A stretch of DNA of 64,000 nt from Dehalococcoidia bacterium (GTDB lineage Bacteria > Chloroflexota > Dehalococcoidia > Plut-88900), in contig CBDBLV010000005.1 in NCBI GenBank assembly GCA_965207225.1, positions 1,632,001-1,696,000 on the forward strand, given 5' to 3'. Within the stretch, counting starts at the first letter, position 1. The number at the start of each line of letters is the position of its first letter. Below are positions 18,613-29,967 of this stretch, piece by piece. Both the position numbers and the translations under genes were made by a program. The notes under the pieces were generated by a model. That model was not told where the DNA came from and searched no databases. It saw nothing but the letters and a program-made list of their open reading frames with translations.

Positions 18613-21053
18613 TGAGACCTGACAGATACACGGAACAGGCCCAGGAGGTCTTGCGGACCTCCCAGGCCTTGGTAAACGAGATGCGCCACACCCAGTGGGA
18701 CGTTGAACACTTGGTGCTAGCCATGCTGGAGCAGGAAGGCGGCCTGGCGCCTGAAATTCTGGAGAAGCTGGGCACTGCCCCTCACGGGGTGGCGAAAAGA
18801 TTCAGGCAGGAACTGAAAAAAACACCTACGGTCGCCTACGCTGGTCAGAATATTTACATAACTCCTCGCATTTCGAAACTGCAGGAACGGGCAGTAGCGG
18901 AGATGACCCGTTTGAGGGACGATTTCATTGGAATCGACCACCTACTGGTGGCTGCGGTGGAGGAAAAGGAGGGGGACGCACCGGTCATCTTCCGGGAGTT
19001 TGGCATCGAGAAGGAGAAGGTGTACCAGGCGCTGCAGGAGATCCGGGGCACGAGCAGGGTCGCCGACCCCCGGGCAGAAAGCCGGTACCAGTCCCTACAG
19101 AAATACAGCACGGACCTGACGGCGCTGGCCCGGGAGGGTACGCTGGACCCGGTTATCGGGCGGGAGGTGGAGATCAGGCGAGTGATGCAAATCCTGACGC
19201 GCCGGACCAAGAACAATCCCGTCGTCATAGGAGAGGCGGGTGTTGGAAAGACGGCCATCGCCGAGGGGCTGGCCCAGCTGATAACCGCAGGGGATGTTCC
19301 GGAATCGCTGAAGGGGCGTCGGGTGATATCGCTGGACATGGGGTCGATGGTGGCGGGGAGCAAGTTTCGCGGGGAGTTCGAAGAGCGGCTGAAAGCGGTA
19401 ATGGAGGAGATCCGGAAGGCGCGGGGGGAGATCATCCTGTTCATAGACGAGATACACCAGGTGGTCGGGGCAGGGAGCGCAGAAGGCGCAATAGATGCGA
19501 GCACGTTGCTGAAGCCGGCGCTGTCCCGGGGCGAATTGCAGTGCATCGGCGCGACGACGATGGATGAGTACCGCAAGAACATCGAGAGGGACGCCGCCCT
19601 GGCGAGACGTTTTCAACCTGTGCTAGTCGAGGAACCGTCAGTTGAGGACACGATTGAGATTCTGAGAGGGTTGAAGCCGAGATACGAGGCCCATCACAGG
19701 ATCACCATCGCGGACTCGGCGTTGACGGCGGCGGCGAGGCTGAGCCGTCGTTACATCTCCGATCGGTGCCTGCCGGACAAGGCGATAGATCTGATAGACG
19801 AAGCCTCGAGTAAACTGAGAATCGACCTGGAGGGGGCGCCAGAAGAGGTCAAGGAGATGGAAAAGGAAGTGCAGCACCTGTCCGACCGGGAAGAAAGCGC
19901 ATCCCAGCGGGAAGACTTCCAGAGGGCTGCCGAGATCAAGTCTGAGAGGCTGGTCCTGGAGGAACGCTACCAGAAGGCCCGGAACGAATGGCTCACCAGC
20001 GAAAAGCTCGACGGAACGGTAGACGAGGAGGACATTGCGGAAACGGTGGCCCTGATGACCGGTATCCCCGTGTCCCGGATGCTGGAAGGTGAAGCCGAGC
20101 GGCTTCTTCACATGGACAAGAGGCTGAAAGAGAGGGTGATCGGCCAGGACGAGGCGATCGAGGCGGTATCCGAGGCGATCAGGAGGGCGCGGGCAGGACT
20201 GAAAGACCCGAAGCGGCCGATAGGGAGTTTCATATTCCTCGGGCCGACGGGAGTGGGGAAGACGGAACTAGCCCGAGCCCTGACGGAGTACCTGTTCGAC
20301 GATGAAGAAGCGATGGTACGAATCGATATGTCCGAGTACATGGACAAGCACACGGTCTCCCGGATGATCGGGGCGCCACCGGGATACATCGGGTTCGACG
20401 ACGGGGGCCAGCTGACGGAAGCGGTACGGAGACGACCCTACAGGGTGCTGCTGTTCGACGAAATCGAAAAGGCCCACCCGGACGTGTTCAACGTTTTGCT
20501 GCAGCTGCTCGAGGACGGCAGGTTGACGGACGGCCAGGGGCGCACGGTGAACTTCGCGAACACCGTGGTGATAATGACGAGCAACCTAGGGACGTCCCGA
20601 TTCCAGGAGGACCCGGTCGGGTTCCTGAGACAGGGCTCCTCCGAGGCAGACGATGCCGACATCAAGCGGAACGTGGAGCGGTCTCTGAGACAGGCCTTCA
20701 GGCCAGAGTTCCTGAACCGGATAGACGAGACCGTTATCTTCAAGTCGCTGGGCAGGGAAGAGATGGTCCAGATAGTGGACTTGCTGGTCGCGGAGGTGCA
20801 GGAGCGGCTGTCCGACCGGGAGATCACGATAGAGTTGACGCAGGAAGCCAAGGAATGGATTGCGGACAAGGGATACGATCCGCAGTTCGGGGCCCGGCCG
20901 CTGCGCAGGACGGTGCAAAGATACGTCGAAACACCGCTTGCGCGAAAGGTGCTGACCGGCGAGATCGGGAAGGGCGGCAGCGTCAGGATCGACGAGAGCG
21001 ACGGTGAGATCGTGTTCGACAGGTCGGCAGTGCAGGCGGAACTTCTGGTATAG
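18606..21053 (+). CDS. Clp AAA+ chaperone (ClpC/ClpB family, short UVR-type middle domain)
   Basis: Clp N-domain, GEAGVGKT and GPTGVGKT Walker A motifs, GAPPGY, GARPLRR. Confidence 0.95.
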   Translation: MVMRPDRYTEQAQEVLRTSQALVNEMRHTQWDVEHLVLAMLEQEGGLAPEILEKLGTAPHGVAKRFRQELKKTPTVAYAGQNIYITPRISKLQERAVAEMTRLRDDFIGIDHLLVAAVEEKEGDAPVIFREFGIEKEKVYQALQEIRGTSRVADPRAESRYQSLQKYSTDLTALAREGTLDPVIGREVEIRRVMQILTRRTKNNPVVIGEAGVGKTAIAEGLAQLITAGDVPESLKGRRVISLDMGSMVAGSKFRGEFEERLKAVMEEIRKARGEIILFIDEIHQVVGAGSAEGAIDASTLLKPALSRGELQCIGATTMDEYRKNIERDAALARRFQPVLVEEPSVEDTIEILRGLKPRYEAHHRITIADSALTAAARLSRRYISDRCLPDKAIDLIDEASSKLRIDLEGAPEEVKEMEKEVQHLSDREESASQREDFQRAAEIKSERLVLEERYQKARNEWLTSEKLDGTVDEEDIAETVALMTGIPVSRMLEGEAERLLHMDKRLKERVIGQDEAIEAVSEAIRRARAGLKDPKRPIGSFIFLGPTGVGKTELARALTEYLFDDEEAMVRIDMSEYMDKHTVSRMIGAPPGYIGFDDGGQLTEAVRRRPYRVLLFDEIEKAHPDVFNVLLQLLEDGRLTDGQGRTVNFANTVVIMTSNLGTSRFQEDPVGFLRQGSSEADDADIKRNVERSLRQAFRPEFLNRIDETVIFKSLGREEMVQIVDLLVAEVQERLSDREITIELTQEAKEWIADKGYDPQFGARPLRRTVQRYVETPLARKVLTGEIGKGGSVRIDESDGEIVFDRSAVQAELLV

Positions 21054-21179
21054 GTCTGCAGGGGCGAAAGGCTTGGGGCCCGGCGGATGGGATGTCCGCC
21101 GGGCCCTTGATTTGCCTGTGATATCATCGTCGGGTGGAGGGGCGGAGACACAGCTTCCGGAGTTAGGAGAAATTCAACG

Positions 21180-22322
21180 ATGACACCAGGCAACGATGCC
21201 TCGGGGGTGTACAGCGCTCTCGGGATCAGGACGATTATCAACGCGACCGGCACTACGACCCTTTACGGCGGCACCAAGACCAGGCCCGAGGTAATAGACG
21301 AGATGGCGCGCTCGGCGAGGGTGATGGTGAACCTTGACGACCTGAACCGGGCGGCCGGAAAGATAATCGCTGAAGTTACGGGGGCGGAGGCGGGGCTGGT
21401 TACGAACGGAGCGGCAGCGGGCCTTGTATTGCAGGCGGCGGCATGCCTCGCGGGGTCGGACCCGGTGAAGATGGCCCAACTGCCGGACACGAGCGGTATG
21501 AAGAACGAGTTCATCATCCAGAGGTGCCACAGGTTCCCGTACGACCAGGCGTACCGGGTGGCGGGGGCCAAGCTGGTGGAGATCGGAGATGGGCGAAGGT
21601 GTGCTCCGTGGCAACTGGAGGCGGCGTTTACGGAGAACACGGCGGCGGTGGCCTATCTTCACGCTAACTTCGTGTCCAAGCGGGCGATACCCCTGGACCA
21701 GGTCTGCGAAATAGCCCACGCCCGGGGGGTGCCGGTGATAGTAGACGGGGCGTCGATGCTGCCGCCCCGGGAGAACCTGCGGAAGTACATCGCCGAGGGT
21801 GCAGACATGGTGATATTCAGCGGAGGCAAGGGGGTCAAGGGGCCGCAGGGGTCGGGGATACTGGCGGGGCGGGCGGACCTGATAGACGCTGCTTTCGGGC
21901 ACGCCAGCCCGCACCAGTTCATCGGCAGGCCGATGAAGGTGGCCAAGGAAGAGGTGATGGGCCTGCTGGCTGCCCTGCAGATATTCGTAGAAGAGGACGA
22001 GGAGGAGGAGAACGAAAGGTACCGGGTGATGATGCAGAGGGTGGTGGATGCGCTCATCGAGGTGCCGGGCCTGCACGTCCAGCTGGAGCACGACGGGTAC
22101 GACTTCACGGTGCCCTCGGCGCGGATCAACTTCACGGAGGACTGGGCGGGCCCGACTCCCAGGGAGGTCTTCGACGCCATGGCCTCGGGGCCGGAGCCGA
22201 TTTACCTGAGCGACCTGGGTGACCCCGACGACTTGACGGTGGTCCCGACGAACCTCGATGACGCAGAAGTCGAGAGGGTGATTGTGAAGCTCCGGGAGGT
22301 GCTGATGGGGGGTAGGGGGTGA
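21180..22322 (+). CDS. SelA-like PLP-dependent enzyme (DgaE-type)
   Basis: IINATG.TT.YGG, VPVIVDGA, FSGGKGVKGPQ, IGRPMKVAKEE. Confidence 0.85.
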   Translation: MTPGNDASGVYSALGIRTIINATGTTTLYGGTKTRPEVIDEMARSARVMVNLDDLNRAAGKIIAEVTGAEAGLVTNGAAAGLVLQAAACLAGSDPVKMAQLPDTSGMKNEFIIQRCHRFPYDQAYRVAGAKLVEIGDGRRCAPWQLEAAFTENTAAVAYLHANFVSKRAIPLDQVCEIAHARGVPVIVDGASMLPPRENLRKYIAEGADMVIFSGGKGVKGPQGSGILAGRADLIDAAFGHASPHQFIGRPMKVAKEEVMGLLAALQIFVEEDEEEENERYRVMMQRVVDALIEVPGLHVQLEHDGYDFTVPSARINFTEDWAGPTPREVFDAMASGPEPIYLSDLGDPDDLTVVPTNLDDAEVERVIVKLREVLMGGRG

Positions 22323-22340
22323 GGGTGTTGTGGTGGTCGA

Positions 22341-22423
22341 TGATTGAAGGTAGATTGAAGTTGATTGAGTTTGATTGAAGAATGATTGAACGTTGATTGA
22401 ACTCGTAGCTGGTTTGCTTGAAT
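22341..22423 (+). repeat. Phased GATTGA tandem array
   Basis: GATTGA at 22342, 22353, 22363, 22373, 22384, 22395; GCTTGA at 22416. Confidence 0.8.
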
Positions 22424-22519
22424 GACGACTAAAGGGATTAGGGGGAATTTCGCGTGGCGCAGGGGACAAGGGGGAGAGGCAGCAGGGCCACACGAGACGG
22501 ATTGACGAATCTCGGCCCC

Positions 22520-22600
22520 CCACTCGCACTTCGAGAGCCTCAGCACGAGCGGCCCAGCCCCCGGGCATGGGTTCCCGATCGGGGTCGAGAATGACGAAGG
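22520..22600. repeat. Repeat family B and C copies
   Basis: CTTCGAGAGCCTCAGCACGAGCGGCCC and GGGTTCCCGATCGGGGTCGAGAATGACG (cf. 44089, 45069). Confidence 0.7.
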
Positions 22601-22670
22601 GGAGGGGGCGGGTTTTTGATTGTTTTGCGATTTCAGGCATTGGTTTGATTGTTTAAGAAACGGGGAGGGC

Positions 22671-22800
22671 GGAACCCTCACCCCCTTGATCCCCCTCTCC
22701 CTCAGGGCCATTGAGGGAGAGGGGGAGACAAAAACAGAGGCATGCACATGCGCCTTGGCGCATGTGCATGCCTCTAGTTCAATACTGGGAAGAGAGGAGG
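22671..22800. repeat. Repeat family A, full copy with two hairpins
   Basis: CCCCCTCTCCCTCA / TGAGGGAGAGGGGG hairpin plus a perfect 19-bp-arm palindrome at 22736-22775. Confidence 0.8.
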
Positions 22801-22861
22801 GGAAGGTTGGGTTGTTCGGGTGTTGGGTCTGGGTTTGCATTTTGTCTGTTGGGTTGTGGGT

Positions 22862-23307
22862 GGCGATGGAAGACACTTTCTGGACTTTGCCCCTGTTCCT
22901 ATCCAGGCAGCTTGTAGGTGTCCTGGGGTCGGGGGACACCTGCCGCCGGCAATTGCTATGCCTCCACGTACTAAGTACGGGCTGCAAGCCAAACAGGCCG
23001 CGAGCAATCGCCAGCTTCCTCGTACCAAGCAAGTACGGGCCGCAAGGCCACTTACGCCGGTGAGTTCAACGGCCAGGCCCAGCTCCCTGAGGGAGCGGCA
23101 GCATTGGGCTGCCGTCGGAACGGCTATGACATGCCCTGCCGCCAGAGCGCATCTAGGCGCTCGGCCCGCCTCAAACGACGTCGAAAGGACTCGCAGGGGG
23201 GCCAGCCCGACCCTCACGTATGGGAGGGGAAGCCAAGGCCTCGACCCTCATGCACTGAGGGGGAGGCCGGACGGGAACGGTGTAGACCAGAGCGTCTATC
23301 CATCGCC
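22862..23307 (+). ncRNA. Candidate large structured RNA (or ssDNA element), family unknown
   Basis: 5' GGCGATGGAAGAC..TCTGG pairs with 3' CCAGA..GTCTATCCATCGCC; about ten internal hairpins, GCAA tetraloops, G-U pairs favour the plus strand. Confidence 0.5.
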
Positions 23308-23315
23308 TAGATGAT

Positions 23316-23368
23316 CAGGGAAGGGGCACGGGACCCGGGTGGGGTCGGGTGGGCTTCCCTGGGTTTTT
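23316..23368 (+). terminator. Terminator-like hairpin after the structured element
   Basis: CAGGGAAG / CTTCCCTG stem followed by GGTTTTT. Confidence 0.45.
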
Positions 23369-23415
23369 GGTTCCTCCCTTGATGATGTGAGTTAGTGTTC
23401 GATCGAATGCAGGAT

Positions 23416-23444
23416 ATGATAGTATGATCGGACAGGTGTGTCAA
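23416..23444 (-). promoter_or_regulatory. Near-consensus sigma70 promoter pointing at the structured element
   Basis: TTGACA-17 nt-TATCAT on the minus strand. Confidence 0.55.
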
Positions 23445-23512
23445 GAGCAAATGTGCGGCTTTGAGGGGTGAGGGGTAACATACGTGACGAATTGGCAAGG
23501 CGTGGGCATCCC

Positions 23513-23650
23513 CCCGCTCATACTTCGAGTGGCCTCAGCATGAGCGGCCCCGCCCCAGGACGACCCGCCGGTCGCCCCTACGGGGAGGGGACTGGACACC
23601 CCGCACTACCACCTCCCTGGATTCCCCCCGACTCCTCGGGAATGACGAAG
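23513..23650. repeat. Repeat family B and C copies
   Basis: CCGCTCATACTTCGAGTGGCCTCAGCATGAGCGG and GGATTCCC...GGGAATGACG. Confidence 0.7.
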
Positions 23651-23835
23651 GGGAGAGGGGAGGGATTCACGCCATAGGCGCATTTTCGACCCGGTCGCGG
23701 TCGGGAATGATGGGGAGGAGGGGGGTGGGGGGCTATGCTATAATCGGGGGGACAGGCGGAGACCATTCCCATAGGCGCGATCCTCTTTTCCCGCTGATCA
23801 AGCGATAACTTAATCTGTTTCGAGGGAGTGACGGG

Positions 23836-24777
23836 GTGAGAGATGAACTCAAAATCTTCACCGGCAATGCCCACCCGCAACTAGCCGAGGATATCTGCAA
23901 GTACCTCGGCATCAACCTCGGACAGATAGAAGTCTTCGAGTTCAAGAACGAAAACATATTCGTCCGCATCCAGGAGAACATCCGGGAGAGGGACGTTTTC
24001 CTGGTCCAGCCCGTAGTATCCCCGGTCAACAACAACCTGATGGAGCTGTTGATCATGATAGATGCGGCGAAACGGGCGTCGGCGGGGCGGATTACGGCGG
24101 TGGTGCCGTATTATGGATACGGGCGTACGGACAAGAAAGACCAGCCCCGGGTTCCGATAACGGCCAGGCTCGTTGCCGACCTGATCACGGTGGCGGGCGC
24201 CGACCGGCTGCTAACCGTGGACCTGCACGCCGGCCAGATACAGGGGTTCTTCAACATCCCGGTGGATGAATTGACGGCACTTCCCATTATTACCGGCTAT
24301 TTCGAGGAGAAGGCGCTGGATGACGTGGTTGTGGTGGCGACGGACGTCGGGATAGCGAAGAAGGCCCGAGACATGGCGGAAAGGCTGGATGCGCCGCTGG
24401 CGATCATCGAGAAGAGGCGGGTCGGGAACGGGAATCCGGCGGAGAGCCTGAACGTTATAGGAGAGGTCCGGGGCAAGACGGCGATCACCTTCGATGACGA
24501 GATTGATACGGGAGGCTCCCTGGTCTCGGCGATTGATGCGCTGAAGGCCATGGGCGCCGAGGACGTATATTCAAGCTGCACCCACCCGATTTTCTCCGGG
24601 GATGCCACAACCGCTCTTGCAGACACCAGTGTCAAGGAATTCGTAGTGACCGATACGGTGCCCGTGCCCCAGGGCAAGAGGAACGGAAAGGTGACCTGCC
24701 TGTCCATGGCGCCGTTGCTGGGAGAGGCGATAAGGCGGATCCACGGCGGGGAGTCGGTGGGGGCCTTGTTCGGGTGA
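23836..24777 (+). CDS. prs: Ribose-phosphate pyrophosphokinase
   Basis: NLMELLIMIDA, PYYGYGR, DLHAGQIQGFF, DDEIDTGGS. Confidence 0.97.
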   Translation: MRDELKIFTGNAHPQLAEDICKYLGINLGQIEVFEFKNENIFVRIQENIRERDVFLVQPVVSPVNNNLMELLIMIDAAKRASAGRITAVVPYYGYGRTDKKDQPRVPITARLVADLITVAGADRLLTVDLHAGQIQGFFNIPVDELTALPIITGYFEEKALDDVVVVATDVGIAKKARDMAERLDAPLAIIEKRRVGNGNPAESLNVIGEVRGKTAITFDDEIDTGGSLVSAIDALKAMGAEDVYSSCTHPIFSGDATTALADTSVKEFVVTDTVPVPQGKRNGKVTCLSMAPLLGEAIRRIHGGESVGALFG

Positions 24778-24787
24778 AGGCCGGTAG

Positions 24788-27436
24788 ATGCTTAAATGGT
24801 TGTCAAAACTGGCAGGGGACAGCAACGAGGCGGACTTACGAAGATTTCAGCCGGTGGTGGAGGCGATCAACGGGCTTGAGCCCGAGCTAGAGAGCCTGGA
24901 AGACCACCAGCTGAAGGCTAAAACGGAAGAGTTCAGGGCCCGCCTTGAGGAAGGGGAGTCCCTGGACTTTTTGCTTCCCGAGGCCTTTGCGCTGGTAAGG
25001 GAAGCGGCCAAGCGCACCCTGGGACAGCGTCACTTCGACGTGCAGCTGATGGGCGGTATGGCGTTGCACGCCGGCAAGATCGCCGAGATGAAGACGGGCG
25101 AGGGGAAGACTCTGGTGTCGACGCTGGCGGCATACCTGAACGCACTAGAGGGGAGGGGTGTCCACTTAGTCACGGTGAACGACTACCTGGCGCGTAGGGA
25201 CTGCCAGTGGATGGGCCCGATTTATCACCTATTGGGCCTGACGGTGTGCTGCCTTCAGCATGAGAATGCCTTCCAGTTTTCGCCGGGCTCAGGGGAAGGG
25301 GCGTACGAGAGTCTGGAGTCGGTAGCAAGGCGAGACGCCTACGGCGCCGACATAACATACGGGACCAACAACGAATTCGGGTTTGACTACCTGCGGGACA
25401 ACATGGCCGGAGACCTATCGCGGACGGTGCAGGGGGAGCGGGCCTACGCGATCGTCGACGAGGTGGACAACATCCTGATAGACGAGGCCCGAACACCCCT
25501 GATCATAAGCGGACAGGCGGACGAGTCGACGAAGCTGTACACGACCTTCGCTCAGCTGGCGCCGCGGCTCAAGCGGGAGTCGGACTATACGGTTGACGAG
25601 CAGCACAAGTCGGTGGCGCTCACGCCGGTCGGGTATGCCAAGGTCGAGAGAGCCCTGAACATCGACAACCTGTACGACCCGAAGTACTACGCCCTGACTC
25701 ACTACCTGGACAACGCGCTGAAGGCGCACGTCTTCTTCGTGCGGGACAAGGACTACGTGGTGAGGGACGGGGAGGCGACGATAGTAGACGAGTTCACGGG
25801 CAGGATGATGCCTGGGAGACGGTACTCGGACGGGCTTCACCAGGCGATAGAAGCCAAGGAGAAGCTGGAGATCCGTCGGGAGAGCGTGACCCTGGCCAGC
25901 ATCACCCTACAGAACTACTTCCGGCTGTACGAGAAGCTGTCCGGTATGACGGGAACGGCGATCACCGAGGCGGAGGAGTTCTACAAGATATACAAGCTGG
26001 ACGTGGTGGTAATTCCGACCCATAAGGAGATGATCAGGGACGACATGGCGGACCTGATCTTCAAGTCGGAGAAGGGTAAGTTCGATGCGCTGGTGTCGGA
26101 CCTGAAGGAGCTCAATGAGTTGGGGAGGCCGGTGCTAGTCGGCACTACTTCGGTTGAGAAATCGGAGGGCCTTAGCCAGAAGCTGATGCGGTCAGGAATA
26201 CGGCACGAGGTGTTGAATGCCAAGCACCACGAACGGGAGGCGGGGATAGTGTCGCAGGCGGGCCGGATTGGGGCGGTGACGGTGGCGACTAACATGGCAG
26301 GCCGGGGGACTGACATCATTCTCGGGGGGAACCCCGAGGGCCGGAACGAGGGCGAATGGGAGGAGGAACACCGCAAAGTCGTGGAGATGGGTGGGCTGCA
26401 CATAATCGGGACGGACAGGCACGAGTCGCGAAGGATAGACAACCAGCTGAGGGGTCGGGCGGGGCGGCAAGGGGACCCGGGGAGCAGCCGGTTCTACATC
26501 TCGGTGGAAGACGAACTGATGCGCCGGTTCGGGGGGGACAAGATAAAGACGGTGATGGGATGGGCGGGGCTGGATGAGTCGACGCCCATGGAGCATTCGT
26601 GGATCACGAAGTCGGTGGAGAATGCCCAGAAGAAAGTAGAGGGCATCAACTTCGACATCCGCAAACGGCTGGTCGAATACGACGACGTGGCGAACAACCA
26701 GAGGGACGTCATATATGAACAGAGACGGAAGGTGCTGGAGGGTGAAGACGTAAACGAGGTCATACAAGGCATGGTAGAGGCGGAGATCACGGAGACGGTA
26801 TACCGCCACCTGAAGGACGAACACGGGGACGAATGGGACCTGGAAGGGCTGCTGCCGGCGATAGAGTTGCTACTTCCCCTGCCCCCGGATGCCGACACTG
26901 GGGAATTGGGGCAGCTCCATCGGGACGAGGTGGTGAGCTTCTTCCTCGAGCATGCCGACAAGCGATACAAGGACATTGCGGACAAGCTGGGAGAGCAGGG
27001 TATGCGGGCCCTGGAGCGGCACGTGATGCTCAGGACTATCGATACGCACTGGATGGACCACCTGACGGCGATGGAGAATTCGCGGCAGAGCATAGGGCTG
27101 GAAGCCTACGGGCAGAGGGACCCGCTGGTAGCGTACAAGCGGCGCAGTCACTTGATGTTCGAAGAGCTCACGGCAAGGATCCGGATGGGGATAGTGCGCA
27201 CGCTGTTCAGAGTCGACGTTCGGGAGCGGGCGAGGGCGCAAGTTACCGCCGCACCAGCGACGACCTCCAACGGGCATGGGCAGGCGAATGGAGCCACGGC
27301 AAGTGCATCAAGGGCCGCGGGCCAAGGGAAGGTGAGGTCGAGGGACAAGGCGAAGGCCGTGGTGGGTAAGGTCGGGAGGAATGCGCCGTGCCCCTGCGGA
27401 AGCGGCCAGAAGTACAAGCGATGCCACGGGGCCTGA
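24788..27436 (+). CDS. secA: Protein translocase subunit SecA
   Basis: [36 protein letters not shown]-terminal SEC-C motif [13 protein letters not shown]. Confidence 0.98.
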   Translation: MLKWLSKLAGDSNEADLRRFQPVVEAINGLEPELESLEDHQLKAKTEEFRARLEEGESLDFLLPEAFALVREAAKRTLGQRHFDVQLMGGMALHAGKIAEMKTGEGKTLVSTLAAYLNALEGRGVHLVTVNDYLARRDCQWMGPIYHLLGLTVCCLQHENAFQFSPGSGEGAYESLESVARRDAYGADITYGTNNEFGFDYLRDNMAGDLSRTVQGERAYAIVDEVDNILIDEARTPLIISGQADESTKLYTTFAQLAPRLKRESDYTVDEQHKSVALTPVGYAKVERALNIDNLYDPKYYALTHYLDNALKAHVFFVRDKDYVVRDGEATIVDEFTGRMMPGRRYSDGLHQAIEAKEKLEIRRESVTLASITLQNYFRLYEKLSGMTGTAITEAEEFYKIYKLDVVVIPTHKEMIRDDMADLIFKSEKGKFDALVSDLKELNELGRPVLVGTTSVEKSEGLSQKLMRSGIRHEVLNAKHHEREAGIVSQAGRIGAVTVATNMAGRGTDIILGGNPEGRNEGEWEEEHRKVVEMGGLHIIGTDRHESRRIDNQLRGRAGRQGDPGSSRFYISVEDELMRRFGGDKIKTVMGWAGLDESTPMEHSWITKSVENAQKKVEGINFDIRKRLVEYDDVANNQRDVIYEQRRKVLEGEDVNEVIQGMVEAEITETVYRHLKDEHGDEWDLEGLLPAIELLLPLPPDADTGELGQLHRDEVVSFFLEHADKRYKDIADKLGEQGMRALERHVMLRTIDTHWMDHLTAMENSRQSIGLEAYGQRDPLVAYKRRSHLMFEELTARIRMGIVRTLFRVDVRERARAQVTAAPATTSNGHGQANGATASASRAAGQGKVRSRDKAKAVVGKVGRNAPCPCGSGQKYKRCHGA

Positions 27437-27442
27437 AGAGAC

Positions 27443-29188
27443 ATGGACAACGGCCAGATAGCAGCAATCTTCAACAACATCGGCGACCTTCTTGATCTGA
27501 AGGGCGAGGTGGTCTTCAAGACGCGCGCCTACAAGAAGGCGGCAAGGGCCATAGAGCACCATCCGACGGAGCTTTCGAGGATCTATCGGGAAGAGGGAGA
27601 GGAGGGGTTGAGCAAGGTCCCGAGTGTCGGGTCGGCGATTAACAAGAAGGTGCAGGAACTGCTTTCGACGGGAAAGCTGGAGTACTACGAGAAGCTGAAA
27701 GCGGAGTTCCCGGATGGCGTGGTGGAACTGAAGGACGTTCCGGGTGTCGGGCCGAAGACGGCGTTGAAGATAAGTCGGGACCTGGGGGTGAGGGACCTGG
27801 CGGGGCTGGAAGCGGCGTTGAAGGAAGGGGCGGTGGCGGCATTGCCGGGCCTGGGGGAGAAGGCGGCGGCAAACATATTGCGGCACCTGCAGACTCTGAG
27901 GACGAAGGACAGGCGGATCTCCCTGGGTCGGGCGATTTCGGTGTACGGAGATGTGGCGTCGGCATTGAGAGGCGTTCCGGGGCTGCACAGGCTGGAGGCG
28001 GCGGGGAGTCTACGGAGGCGTCGGGAGACGATTGGTGATATCGACTTGATGGGTACGGCGGAGGACCCGGAGCCCGTGCTTCGGGCGCTTACGGAATTGC
28101 CACAGGTGGCGGAGGTGCTGGTGCACGGGCCGAAGAAGGTGAGCGTTCTGCTGGATAGGGGAATCCAGGTAGACCTGAGGATAGTCGAAGAGAAGGTGTA
28201 TGGGTCGTTGATCCAGTATTTCACGGGGAGCCAGCAGCACAATGTCCTGCTCCGTGAGAGGGCCCGACGCCAGGGCCTAAGCATCAACGAGTATGGGATC
28301 ACGAATCTGGAGTCGGGGGAGGTGGAGGAGTTTGCGGACGAGGAGTCGCTGTATGAACGGCTGGGTTTGCAGTACATCCCGCCGGAGCTCCGGGAGGGCC
28401 AGCACGAGATTGAGAGGGCGGCGGAGGGATCGATTCCGACATTGGTGGAGACCGGTAACATCAGGGGAGACCTGCACGCGCACACGAACGAGAGCGACGG
28501 TCGGGACACGCTGATGGAAATGGCGCTGGCGGCCCGGGAGGTGGGACTGGAATACCTGGCTATCACGGACCACTCATCGGGGCGGGGGATTGCGAACGGG
28601 CTGAGCAACGAGCGGCTGCTGGAGCACATCGCCAATATCAGGGCGCTGAACGAGGACCTGGACGGGATAGAGTTCTTGACAGGTTCCGAGGTGGACATAA
28701 GGTCGGATGGGAGCCTTGATTACCCGGATGAAATTCTGGACCAGTTGGATGTGGTAGTGGCGTCGGTGCATTCGGCGATGGGGCAGGCGGAGGACGTGAT
28801 GACGGAGCGGATCATCAAGGCTATGCGGAACCCGAGGGTCCACGTTCTCGGGCACCCGACGTGTCGTTTAATCGGGGAGCGGGAGCCGGTGCAGATGGAC
28901 GTGGAGGCGATACTACAGGCGGCTCGGGAGACGGGAACGGTGATGGAGATAGACGCACAGCCCGGTCGGCTTGACCTGAAGGACAAGCATATTCACAGGG
29001 CTCGGGAGTTGGGGGTGGGGCTGGTCATTGACTCGGACTCCCATGCGACGGAGCAATTCGGGAACATCGGGCTGGGGGTGTCGATGGCGAGGCGGGGGTG
29101 GTGCGAGGCGAAGGATATTCTGAACACGTTGCCTCTGGAAGAGTTCAGGGCTGCATTGAAGAGCAGAAGGGCGGCGAGGGTCGGGTGA
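27443..29188 (+). CDS. polX: DNA polymerase X with PHP domain
   Basis: HhH GVGPK, GSLRR..GDID, YFTGS, PHP motifs DLHAHT, TDHS, DSH. Confidence 0.95.
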   Translation: MDNGQIAAIFNNIGDLLDLKGEVVFKTRAYKKAARAIEHHPTELSRIYREEGEEGLSKVPSVGSAINKKVQELLSTGKLEYYEKLKAEFPDGVVELKDVPGVGPKTALKISRDLGVRDLAGLEAALKEGAVAALPGLGEKAAANILRHLQTLRTKDRRISLGRAISVYGDVASALRGVPGLHRLEAAGSLRRRRETIGDIDLMGTAEDPEPVLRALTELPQVAEVLVHGPKKVSVLLDRGIQVDLRIVEEKVYGSLIQYFTGSQQHNVLLRERARRQGLSINEYGITNLESGEVEEFADEESLYERLGLQYIPPELREGQHEIERAAEGSIPTLVETGNIRGDLHAHTNESDGRDTLMEMALAAREVGLEYLAITDHSSGRGIANGLSNERLLEHIANIRALNEDLDGIEFLTGSEVDIRSDGSLDYPDEILDQLDVVVASVHSAMGQAEDVMTERIIKAMRNPRVHVLGHPTCRLIGEREPVQMDVEAILQAARETGTVMEIDAQPGRLDLKDKHIHRARELGVGLVIDSDSHATEQFGNIGLGVSMARRGWCEAKDILNTLPLEEFRAALKSRRAARVG

Positions 29189-29967
29189 CGACGGTAGGCG
29201 ACAACGAACGAGTTGCGGCCGACGATCTTGAGGGCGAGGACATTGGGTCGCCGTTCAATGGGTCGGGGATGTCAGAGGAGGGAGTGCTGGCAGCGGAGGG
29301 TGCCATAGCGCACCTGCGGGAGTCGATAGCAGGAGGAAAGCACTGGTACCCGTCACTGTTGGAGGCGATTGGGATGTGGGCGGCGCCGGAGGAGGTGTAC
29401 CGGGGTGAGCCGCTGTGCTACCTGATAGCAGGAGAAGCGTTTGACTGGCTGCTCCTAGCCCGACGCCTTTGCGACAGTGTGAACGGCGTGATCCCCCAAG
29501 GAGAGATGAGAAGACTCCTGGAAAATGGCCAGGCTCCCGTAGATATCAGCGATGAGGAGTTCAAGAGGCTGGTGGGCGGGCAGAAGCACGGGGCGTTGCT
29601 GAACTACTGGTACGGCGTCGAGGTGGAGGGAGCGCTGGTTGAGGCGTTGGGGCAGTCGATCAGAAAGGAACGGACGGCTGCTGGGCTGGCCTCCAAGAGG
29701 GATGTGTCCGACCTGGCCTTTAAGAGGGCTTACGGGAGCAGCAGGGCGGCGCTGCTGGAAGAGTTCGGGAGGGGTCGGGAGGGGGGCGTTGGGGACAAGC
29801 TGTCGGGGACGGAGGCCAAGGAGTTCATCTACTGGCTGTTCAAGTACAGGCTGGCGAACCATGACAAGGCGAAGGTGGCGAGTGATACGAAGCGGGGGTT
29901 GCAGTACCTGAACAGGAAAGCTGCGAAGAGGACGGCGGCGCGGGCAGCGTCGAGCGCTAGGCGTTAG
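29185..29967 (+). CDS. Hypothetical protein
   Basis: GTG start overlapping the polX stop (GTGA); host-like codon use; no family recognised. Confidence 0.7.
   Translation: MTTVGDNERVAADDLEGEDIGSPFNGSGMSEEGVLAAEGAIAHLRESIAGGKHWYPSLLEAIGMWAAPEEVYRGEPLCYLIAGEAFDWLLLARRLCDSVNGVIPQGEMRRLLENGQAPVDISDEEFKRLVGGQKHGALLNYWYGVEVEGALVEALGQSIRKERTAAGLASKRDVSDLAFKRAYGSSRAALLEEFGRGREGGVGDKLSGTEAKEFIYWLFKYRLANHDKAKVASDTKRGLQYLNRKAAKRTAARAASSARR

Noticed and set aside
21180-22322. Selenocysteine synthase SelA supplying the UGA genes
   Set aside because: Shorter than canonical SelA with DgaE-like motifs, and no selB/selC adjacent; not evidence of Sec machinery.
22341-22423. CRISPR array
   Set aside because: Units are 10-11 nt with no spacers of CRISPR length, and there are no cas genes.
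22202-23880. ORFs listed across the 22.3-23.8 kb gap
   Set aside because: They translate repeats and hairpins, lack family motifs and lack host-like codon use.
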